From the NCBI GenBank assembly GCA_013265495.1, contig MU058824.1, positions 124,001-188,000 of the forward strand: a stretch of DNA of 64,000 bases, read 5' to 3'. The notes beneath the pieces were generated by a model. The model did no database searches, was not told the origin of the DNA, and worked only from the letters and a program-made list of their open reading frames with translations. Source of the DNA: Vicugna vicugna (taxonomy: Eukaryota). Position 1 is the first letter of the stretch. Each line of letters starts with the position of its first letter. The position numbers were made by a program, and so were the translations under genes. This document shows, in pieces, positions 54,281 to 64,000 of this stretch.

Positions 54281-56105
54281 AAAGTCTGGTATTCCAATTA
54301 TCATTTCACAGCTATCTCTTGGGCTTTCACCTGGGGTGACTTCAAATTACTCAGACATGACTCCTTGGGTCATCTTGCCATCCTCCCCAGTGCTGCACCA
54401 GCATCTTTCACACAATAGGTGCTTAGTAAATGTCTTAGTCCACTAAACCTATGTGTGTTTTATGATCCTACATTTTCCTACACCTTTTAATCCCAGGAAA
54501 CTTCCAACAAAAATTAATCTCAGACACATTATGGCAAGAATGTAGCTAAGCAACAGAGAATGCAGCAATAAAGCAAATGGTGCATGTCCCCTTTGTGGAA
54601 AGGGCCAACATGCCCAGTCCTCCTTACGTTCCCTAAGCCTCTGATTTTTTCAGGATTACAGGCAAGCATCAAGATACTGATGATGTAGTCCATTTGAAAC
54701 TGACCAACCCATATCAAAAGAATTAGAAACTAACTTGAAAAGAGTCCCACTGGCCAAAAATGGGACATCTGAATATTGACAAGGATGATGGGTATACAAA
54801 GATTCACTGAATTTTTTTCTCTTGATCCTTGTGCACGTTTCAGGAATTCCATAATAAAAAGTAGGGAAAGGCTGTGGCTTTTAAGTTTACAGCACACCGA
54901 TTTAAAATCACAGTATTACAAGTCAGCTACCCCTGGGGAGAGGTTACTGTAGTTGTAAATAACTGAAATCTGTTAGACCTCAGGTTGGAAGGGACCTCGC
55001 CAGATCAGAGAACCTTAAAATTGAGGCCGTGGAATGTGGGCTTTACAGGAGGGCAGCAGAACCTGATCAGGGCCTCCCACTAAACACCACCTCCCCCCCA
55101 GAATTAAGGTTAGCGTGATCAGTGTCTCCATATTCAAGATAACCTGCCTCACGTTCATCATGGACACAGCAGTATCAGAAATCGAAAGATTCAGACAAGT
55201 CAAAGGTGGTCTGGTCCTCAGATCTTGGGCAAAGCTAAACAAGGGGGGATTTATCTTTGGAGACATGTCCCTGCACCCCAAAATTCCCAGGCCTGGGCTT
55301 TAGTCGTGCTGCTCTAATGTTCCTACGATGATCCAATCCAGGCCCCTCCTTCCCCAAAGGTCAAAAATTAATTTTTCACCTTCATCAATATTCCTATATC
55401 CTATACATCAATGTTCCCAAACTGAAATTTATTAACACACACTCCCTACAAGATATCTTTCTGTATTATCTCTATCTGCCAAGATGTCTATGTCCAACTT
55501 TATGTCCTATAGTTTTTACTACAGAATCGATAGGTGTACTGAATGTTCTTAACCTACACAGCCCTCAAAGCAGATTCTGAAATAATGCCCATCTCAACTC
55601 TTCTGCCCTCAAGAGATGTTTACCTTCTCTAATGCCCCACTCCTTTTCAGAATCATTGTCATGAAGACTAAGAATCTGATTCACAAATGGAAAAGGGATT
55701 GTTCCCTGTTTTGTTCTATTACAGGTAACGCTATTTTATACATTATATATTTTCTTTCTAAATAAATCTTTTTTTCTATCCTTGATTATTTCTTCAAGAT
55801 AAATTCCTAGAAGAGGAATGGTTGCCACAAAAGATAAAAACACTTAAGACTTTTGTTCCATCACCATCTGTCCTCCAGGGTTGGTGTACCAATTGACATT
55901 CCCACTTCATTGACTTCTGCTGTTAACATTTTTTAAATCTATGCCAGCTGGGGAGATGAGAAATCTCCCTTCATTGTTTAGTGATATATGCACTGCAGCT
56001 CTCAGGCAAATAAGCCACACTCTGACAGAACAAAGTCCCTGTGATACTTAGTGGAATTGAAACTACATAGTTTCAAGCAATTTAATAATTCTTTCTCACA
56101 ATGTG

Positions 56106-56136
56106 TGCAGTACCACTAGCTGCCAGCAGGTGGTGG
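56106..56136 (+). promoter_or_regulatory. Candidate CTCF site with upstream motif
   Basis: TGCAGTACC, 5-bp spacer, CTGCCAGCAGGTGGTGG: resembles the CTCF upstream motif plus core. Confidence 0.5.
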
Positions 56137-57761
56137 TGGGATTGTGGGGAATCTAAACTCACAAAGGACCTTAAGTGTATGGTCAGCTGAGTCTCTAATA
56201 ACAGCAATAATGACAATAGCAGATACATTTATTGAGCCTTTACTGTGGGTTTGACACTATACTAACTGCTTAATATGCACTATATCATTTAATTCTCCCA
56301 AAAATAGCCCCTAAGAGCATCGTTTTTTACACTGTTAAAAAAAAAGAAACTTTATGAAGTACCGGAAGAAATTATACAACTGCTCTCAAAAGCAAATACT
56401 CAGAATTACCAACACCTGGGGACCATTAATAGGCTATTAACTAAACTGTTATTTAATCACTAGCTAAGTAAACCCAGAGTTACCAATTTACTTTGCTTAA
56501 TTTTGTAGAACAGCAGGCCTCCCTTGGCCATGTGGTTGCATCCTGCAGGGCTCTAAAGGGATTCTGGTATGAGAAGGTGCACCCTAAAGGTCCCCTATGG
56601 ATCCCCAACAGCCTCATGAAGCAGGCTGTTTATCTCCACTAACCAATTATTATTCCTATTTCCCAGATCTGAAAAGTGAGGCTCAGTAACTTGCCTGTGG
56701 TTACACAAATAGTAAGGAGCAGAATCAGGATTCAGACCCGTCTGACTCCACACACATGCTGCTCTCTCTTGGCCCAGCCCTCTTCTTTCAGACCTAGTGA
56801 AAGCTCCTAGTGCTCCTGCTCAAATTACATGTCAATTAGTAATCTAATTATCAGCAGGGCAAAGTCCTAGGTTAGAGTTACCTAGCAGGAGCTGTATCTG
56901 CTTCTGTCTCCATTTGTAGGCTCTTTCCCTCCCCTCTCCTTCCCTCCCTACTCTCATCACCTCCCCCTTCTATGTCTCAAACCTAGAGTCCACATCCCCT
57001 CATCTGCCCCAGATGCACTTCTTTCACTCTAACTAGAGTTCTGAAATAATTTCCACTGTTGATCTGAGGAGAATGCATATTTGAAAAGTAACTGCAGCAA
57101 TAACATGGAGCTTTAAAACGGTCCACGCCTCAGGGGAACTGAACACTAACATTCTGCTTGAGCACTTGATTGACAGTCCTAAGTAAACAAACACTTCCTG
57201 AAGAAAGAGATCTCTGGGCAAAGCTTATTAATAGAAACTTAGAGGCTAGACAACACATTCTAGCTTAAAACTGCTCAGGAATGTCCATAATTGGTTATAG
57301 ATGACAACACAACAAGCCTTCTCTGCTACATCAGCTTTTATTAGAAACTGCCCCTCCCAGCCCCCCAACTCTGCTCAGTATGGATCATCTTTTCCATCTG
57401 CTGTTCCACTAGACAGAGTGCTACCCACCCTTCTGTGTGGCTGTAGTACAAGCAGCCCAGAGATCCTCCTATAGTGGGCCCTCGGCAAAATTTAGCGAAT
57501 GAGTGTATTTTGATATAGATGTAAAACTGCCTCCCATACAGAGAATGAGTATCATACGTGATAAAACGATCAGTATACCAAAATCTGCATTAAAGTAAAA
57601 ATGGTCAAATAAAAATAGCAAAATCCAAATACAACGGAAGCTCCTCTTGGGCTAGGCAAAGACCCAGCGACAGAATGAAATAACAGAGCAGGATTCCAAT
57701 ATCACAAACGAACAAATAGGAAGCAATCAGCATAATTTCCAAAACAATAACACTGACTAAA

Positions 57762-57777
57762 CCACCAGAAGGCGCTG
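57762..57777 (+). promoter_or_regulatory. Candidate CTCF core motif
   Basis: CCACCAGAAGGCGCTG, one mismatch to CCASYAGRKGGCRS. Confidence 0.4.
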
Positions 57778-57814
57778 TAATAAGTATACTCAATATCCAC
57801 CTTAAAAATCCATC

Positions 57815-58030
57815 TGTTATGGACGGAACGTTTGTACCCTCCCCGCCAAAAAAATTCATTTGTTGCAACCCTAACCCCTAGGGTGACTGTATTTGGATAC
57901 TGGGCCTTTAAGGAAGTAATTAAGATCAAATGAGATCTTAAGGGTGGGGCCCTGGTTCAAGAGGATAAGGAAAGAAAAGACACCAGAGAGCTTGCACCCC
58001 CTACCCAACCCCAGGGTTTAAAAAGAGGTT
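57815..58030 (+). mobile_element. MaLR LTR 5' part (MLT1A/B-like)
   Basis: tgttatggac...aaattcatttgttg...gtgactgtatttgga...gggcctttaaggaagtaattaag...agggtggggccct. Confidence 0.8.
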
Positions 58031-59909
58031 ATGGGTGATTAGTTTGCTCTAAAGAGATGAGAGGCAATTTCCTATCCTGGTGTTTTGACTCAGCGTCCCC
58101 CAAACAACCTCTTCTGGAAACAACATAGATCCTAACATGTTAAAATGAGGAAGGTACTTCAGTCCAATCCTCTCATTTTCCAGATGAGGAGACTGAGGCT
58201 CAGAGAAAAGTCCAGGGCTTCCTGGAGTCCTAGTCACAGAGGAGGGCCTAAAAGCCAAGCCTCAGGATTTGTTTTAAACCCCTCCCCGCACACCTCCTCG
58301 CTGGAACCCTCTCACCAGCCAGATGCCCTTTTGCTAGGTACCCTCAAGCCTTCTCCACTATCCTATCTGAAAACTCCGAGGGCACTGCTCTTAACTCTGA
58401 CACTCGTTGTGTGACATTAGGCAAGTCCCCCTTTCTCCCTGACTGCTGACTCCTCTAAATTATAAAGCTGAAGCGGGTGTTCTCTGAAGCCCCATCCAGT
58501 GCTGGCAGTCCATACTAGCACTGCTGCTACAGTGGATTTTCTGCAACCTAATTTCCATAGTTTTCTGCCAAATGCACATGGATGGCAGTTTCCGATTATT
58601 TACGAGGCTAGTGGAGCTGCTAGCCAATGAAAGAACACTGCAACAGAACAAAGTGATCTCAGCAATTTAGACAATTTAAGACCCATGCCCAGATTTAACT
58701 CAGAAGGTTAAGTAGTTCCAAGTGTATGTCTAAAGCAAGTGATTAGATCTCTCGTTCACTACTGTAGCCCTGGCTCCTTGAAGAGCACCAAGTACACAGG
58801 AGATACTCAATAAATATTTGTGGAATATATGTTGAAACTAACTGGCTCGCCATTTCCATTTTTCACTAATCATATCTAGATGTTCTATTATTTTAAATTT
58901 CTCCTTTTATAAAGGATTTATCATAACAAAAATCATTTCCTGGCTTCTTCTTGTACGTTGAATTGTATGCCACATTTTTAAGAGCCTCTCTACAACTGTG
59001 ATGCCTTCTGATTTCATTTCATCCAGAGGTAAGAGTAATCAGACATGACTGTTCCTGTACACACCTTCCCAAGTCCCTGCTCTCACATGTTCAGACTGGT
59101 CTGCCCAGGATGTCCACTCACCTGTGCCCTCTCCGACTTCTTCCCTTCCTTAAGAGGGCTTTCCAGCCTTAAACTTAGCGCTAAACTTGCTTCCTCTAAT
59201 GTTCTCCCTCTTCGCCTTCACCACCCACTTCAGGCAACCATGTAACTGGGAAGTGTTTATTTTTACCATCTGTGTCTAAGTGTGGCTGTCAGCAGAACCA
59301 GCCTTGTGTTTAAGGCAAGAGCTCCCACCGCCCGTCCTCCCACCCCCACAGTTCCCTCTGAAAACCAAAGGCAGGGTCTTAAAAGTCCTGACCCCTTCCT
59401 CCCCCTCCCCCATAGCTCCATCCCAAACCATCTCCCCTTCCCCATCCCAGTCTCCCCGAAATTCCCTTAGAATCATGATTAAAGCACTCTCCACAGAAAG
59501 TGCTTTTACAATACAGAAAGTCCCCTTGTGAAAGAAAGAACAAAGACGTGCCGCCCATCAGCACCCATGTTACACCACTGTACTCTTATAATCAATGTTC
59601 CAGCTGTGTAAAAAAGAAAAAGCAAAGAAAGTCCCCTTTCGTAGGTGTTCACACTCCATCTGTGTGCACTCTCTCCTCTACTCCCACCACTTCAGCAACA
59701 ACATCTCTCAAATCTCTGGGCCAAGGGTCCCAGATATCTACCTTTTACTACAGCTGCCAGAATTACTCTGTACTGCAGTCTATCCATATGCTCGAGGGTC
59801 TCCCCTAGCTGAGCGTGAGATCCTAAGGCTTGGAACTAAATTTTATCTGGATCTTTGGCACACAGTCGATTCTTGGTGTTTGTTCAAAAGAAAGTAGGGG
59901 TGTCAGGGA

Positions 59910-61060
59910 GAACCTCTCTCCAGCCCCATCCTCTCCTCTGCACCACACACATTTCCAATTGTCTACCAGCCACCTCTATCTAGGTGTCCATTACAGGGAC
60001 CTCAGAAATCTCCAAAAGCAAACAAATTATTCCCCACCCACAAACCTCCTGATTTCTGGTGATTTCAGCCACATTAACTTGGCTCAAAGCAGAAACCTCA
60101 ATGTGCTCTTCAATCACACGTAACCAGTCATCAAAACCTTCTATACGTTTTACCTCAATATCCCTTCTGTCCCATGCTCATTGCCTCTGTCTGAGGTCAG
60201 GTCCAAAGTCTCCCAAATGATCTCCCAGACTTCCAGCCCCTCTTCCACACAGCTCCCAGAAGGTTCTTCCTAAAACACGGTGATGATGCCACTGTCCTGC
60301 GTGTAACCCTGACATCTCCCCAACTGCTGAAGTGATAAAGTCCAAATTGCTCACATGGCATTCAAGACCTTTCCAGATCTGCTCCGATTAGTGCCCCCTC
60401 CATCCCACCCCAAACCACCCTTTCCATGTATCTTTCAACCCAGCCAGACCAAACTCACCTTCATGCCCTTGGACCTGCTGTGTTCTCATGCCTCAGGACA
60501 TGGGGCTTTCTCTGGCTGGAAGCCTTTACCCCAAGGTCTGCCAAGCAGACCTTCATCTCTCAAGGCCTAATTCTCATGAAATTTTGGGGAAGCCTTCCTC
60601 AACTAACACCCAGGCTGTTACATTTATTTTCTTTATAACAGCGTCCTTCTAAATGAGTTTGAGGCAGCTAACAAACTCTGCACACACTGCAACTAGATTT
60701 CTTAAAGAGATGGAATATCAGGGCAAAGACAAGGCAAAGGTAAAAAAGGTAGACATTAGGAGGTGGTGTAGTGTTCAAAACCTCTATGATAATGTCTCAT
60801 ACTCATCTTGTTAAAGAGGCAGATTGGCCCTGAATGAATCCAAAATGAATGAGATACTCTTCTGTGAGCTCACTGCCAGTTGTATATGACTGTACTGCAG
60901 CACCTCCCATATTTTCTGTAATTTGCTCACTGTGTCTGTCTCCCTTACTAGACTGGGAAATTCCTAAGGGAAATACATAATTTCTGACTCATCTCTGTAT
61001 CCCCGGCACGAAGCATATGACTCAGCATAAGATTGGTGCTCAGCAGACAAGTGTTAAACA
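59910..61060 (+). mobile_element. L2 fragments
   Basis: ccaattgtctacc...ataaagtccaaa...cacatggcattcaagacc; tgtgtctgtctccc...ctagactg...tctctgtatcccc. Confidence 0.65.
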
Positions 61061-61311
61061 AATGTCACCACGGACAGGAAAAAAGGTCCTAGTGCTTGTT
61101 GAGTTCCCTACCAGGCATTGAAAAAAACATTGTTTTAGCCTTACAAAAAAATTACATGGCTGAGAAATGGCAGAGCTAGGATTTGAAACCCCCACTGTCT
61201 CTCCAAAGCAACTGCTTTTTCCACTAGGCACACTGCTCCCTACTCTCACGATCACCATGTGCCCAAACACCCTCTCCTTCAAGGCCTGGTTTTAAAATAA
61301 CCCTCCCCGCA

Positions 61312-61462
61312 GGGGAAGGTATAGCTCAGTGGTGGAGCCTGTGCTTAGCATGCACGAGGTCCTGGGTTCAATCCCCACGACCTTCATTAATAAATTAAAA
61401 AATAAATAAACCTAATTACCCCCCCAAAAAGTTTTAAAAATAAATAAATTTTAAAAATAAAA
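61312..61462 (+). mobile_element. tRNA-Ala(AGC)-derived SINE, camelid Vic-1-like
   Basis: GGGGAAGGTATAGCTCAGTGGTGGAGCCTGTGCTTAGCATGCACGAGGTCCTGGGTTCAATCCCCA with Pol III A and B boxes, A-rich tail, and a 12-bp direct repeat TAAAATAACCCT at 61293-61304 and 61463-61474. Confidence 0.85.
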
Positions 61463-63076
61463 TAAAATAACCCTTATCCAAGAAGCCTTTCCTGTTCACT
61501 CAAAAGGAAAGGCAGCCTGAGTGCAGCCCCGACCTTCTACTACACTCAAGTAAGACACCATCACAAACTGGGAGAGGAAGGGGTGCCTCCTGGGTAGCGG
61601 AACACTGAGCAGGGTGTTTTGGTGTTCTGCACAGGGTCTTATGGAGTCCTCAGCTCTTCTACCGTCTTTCCCCAAGGTGCAGTCCCTGGGCCTTCCCGCC
61701 TGTCTTTTCCTTCTTCAGGGTCCAAAGCCTTCCAGTTCTCCCCAAACTGAACCCCAAAATAATTTCCTGCTTCTCTAACCAAGTGAATATAGTTGTATTC
61801 AAAACACAATCCTTCATTACATCATTTAGGTGTCTGTATTTTAAGTATCTTACCAATCTCTTCAAACATTAAAAAATTTTCAAGACTCATGAGAAGAGAC
61901 CATGGCATTTTAGGAGGCTCCATCATCTGGCTCTCAACCCATCTGAATACTTCTAGGGTGGCCTGGGAATAAGAGGACAACCCAGTGATCTCTCCCCAGG
62001 ATGCTGCCCCCTCCCTCCCAGTCCCAGACAGGAGGCCTGGTCTCTAAGGGCTGGATGCCTGATCTCTTAAAAGCAGGATGGAATGCTGGTCCAGAAAGCT
62101 GCTGAGATGGTAGACACTGGCCCCTTCCTGCATACTCTCTTCCAGAACTTCAGAATCCTCTTTTCTCCTCCCAATCCACCTCTTGCCTCTCACTGGCCCC
62201 AAACTCCCACAGCAGTTCTCAGTGCTAACTCAGGAACTGTGCTTTTGAATTAACATTCAACAATTTCCTTGGTAACACAACTGACTTATCTGACATGCTG
62301 AAATGTACACCCCTGGCCCTGATATTATCCTACTAACTGGCTTTAAATGTGTGACACATATATCCCTGCATGTTATAACCACTCTCCTGATAATGCAGGA
62401 ACACTTGTAATCTTAAATGTTACCATACCTAAGAGACACCCAATCTCATGAATCAGAATAGGGAGACTAAATTCTTCACTATTTTCTACTCCCAAGTAAA
62501 GATTACTCCTGCAATTTACAGTAGCTACATCACAGTGCCCGTGTGATAATTTAATTAGATAACTCATGCCAACTGTTTGGTACCCAGGGCCTGGTACACA
62601 GAAAGTGCTCAAAATTTAGCTATGATCATTTACCCACATTATCTCTCACAATACTACCTGGGGGTAGGCATTACACCAGGCACTCCATCGCCACCATCCC
62701 CGCCCCCGCCACCTCACCCCCATTTACAGAAGCAGCATCCAAGGGCTCAGAGTAAAGGTGCTTTCCCAAGGTCAGGCGGGCACCAGTGTGATGCTCGGCC
62801 CTCGGCCTCCGAGTGGGGGGTCCCCTCCCATTACACCCTTGGACCGGGCACAAGGAGTCTTAAAGGAGACAAGTACGGAAAAGCGCTGAGCACAGCGCTC
62901 GGCATACAGTGGGGACCCTGGGATGGGGAGACCTCGGCACTGCGGGCCATCTGGATTCCTCCCAAGCGGCTCCTCTGTCCCCGGGGATCCAGAGTCCCCC
63001 GACCCTGGGTACGCCGCTGAATCTTCCCGAGGTCCGCACCCTGGAGCTTTGTACGCCGCAGGCCGGCCTCACTCAC

Positions 63077-63420
63077 CAAGTCCCATCGTGGCGCGCGGAG
63101 GCGGCTGCCCGGCCTGCGGGGCAGGGGTCGTAGCGCCTGGGCCGGAAGCCCGCCCTGCTGGCCCCCAGGCCCCCGCGCGCCTGGCCCGCGCCTCCCTCNN
63201 NNNNNNNNNNNNNNNNNNNNNNNNNNNNNNNNNNNNNNNNNNNNNNNNNNNNNNNNNNNNNNNNNNNNNNNNNNNNNNNNNNNNNNGCGGCCACAAAGCC
63301 CAGGAGCCGCCGCCCCCTCGCGGGCCGCCTGCCGCCTGCGGGTCCGCCGGCGCCGAGGAGGGCGGGAGCGCGGCCCCGCGCAGTCCCCACCTCCCCAAGC
63401 CGCGGCCGCTGGCTCCCCTG
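63077..63420 (-). other. MSANTD3: MSANTD3 exon 1 (5'UTR exon; 5' end uncertain, interrupted by N gap)
   Basis: Inside a CpG island; perfect donor CTTG|GTGAGT (intron starts 63076) on the minus strand, about 10.8 kb upstream of the coding exon 2 acceptor. TSS not determinable from sequence. Confidence 0.75.
63199..63286. other. Assembly gap (88 N)
   Basis: Run of n in the middle of the CpG island. Confidence 1.
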
Positions 63421-64000
63421 AGGCTCGGGGCGGGGCGCAGGGGGTACCCCGCCTACCCACCCCTCTCCCTTGCACCGATATCCTTGTGCTCAGAGTTCCT
63501 TCTTCCCACCTTTGCAGACGAGCTCCTGAAGGGCCTGGAAAAAATGTTTCATTTCCATGAACAACAAAAGAATGCATTTGTCTCAAGGGATTTGGCGGCC
63601 AATGACACGAATCAGCTCAGTCCAAGCCCGCTGTCTGAGAAAGGCCCCTTTTCTTTCGGGACACCCTGCTACTTGAGTAGCCAACCCTCTTGTGCTGGGT
63701 TCATCACGGAGTTTTGTTTTGTTTTGTTTTTTAATTTGCGGGATGTGTCTCCCCCTAGGCTGTACCCTTTGCAGCCCAGGACCTGGTTCAGAGGCTGTGG
63801 GCTGAGTAACTGGGAATTTATGCTCAGATGAGTGAATGCACAAAGATCCAACTGTAGCACAAGGCACCTTTTATCATGTCGCCACAAGGATGGGGGCTAG
63901 GTGTTTCTTTTGCCCAGTATCTACTGGGAAGATCCCAACTTCAAAAGGGCGGAGAGGGCTGTTGAACTTTTTCTTGTTTTCTTAATTAAAGTGAAATTCA

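Larger units (their letters stand above)
62780..63480. promoter_or_regulatory. MSANTD3: CpG island / MSANTD3 promoter
   Basis: Very GC- and CpG-rich against an AT-rich background; GC box GGGGCGGGG near 63427; contains the exon 1 donor. Confidence 0.85.

Noticed and set aside
61064..61080. REST/RE1-like CACCACGGACAG
   Set aside because: Lacks the TCAG left part and the right-hand CGCC; next to L2/MIR sequence.
61312..61385. tRNA-Ala(AGC) gene
   Set aside because: Acceptor stem poorly paired, followed by a SINE body and A-rich tail with TSDs; a SINE, not a tRNA gene.
63077..63086. N-myristoylation of MGL-initiated isoforms
   Set aside because: Position 6 would be F or N rather than the favoured S/T; not supported.
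62831..63831. Long ORFs (302, 251 aa) at the MSANTD3 CpG island
   Set aside because: They span the N gap and GC-rich stop-poor DNA; low-complexity translation with no recognisable protein.
1..64000. CRISPR arrays, operons, rRNA or other prokaryote-like systems
   Set aside because: None seen; the sequence is intron-rich mammalian DNA.

Overview
Mammalian genomic DNA containing the MSANTD3-TMEFF1 tandem gene pair, both on the minus strand. A tRNA-Ala-derived Vic-1-like SINE, and no Alu, B1, Bov-tA, PRE-1 or SINEC that I could see, suggest a camelid. MSANTD3 is complete for coding sequence: a CpG-island first exon (donor after 63077, partly lost in an 88-N gap), coding exon 2 (52236-51786, ATG at 52203) and exon 3 (44829-44420 plus 3'UTR) give 275 aa. 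TMEFF1 has its CpG-island exon 1 (ATG 25211, donor after 25019) and exon 2 (7761-7652) here; later exons lie left of the window. The rest is intron/intergenic DNA rich in old repeats (L1M, L2, CR1/L3, MIR, MLT1/MLT2 LTRs, MER20, MER33, MER5, Tigger). The most interesting signal is splice architecture. Three donors end in phase 1 on a G and two acceptors begin with AA. A strong-Kozak ATG in the 'non-coding' MSANTD3 exon 1 would therefore yield a 4-codon uORF, a Myb-less MSANTD3 or a signal-peptide-less TMEFF1, depending on the acceptor used. The MSANTD3 exon 2 to TMEFF1 exon 2 read-through is known in human; the exon-1-ATG products are my inference. All gene and repeat identities come from recall and reading by eye, not database searches.
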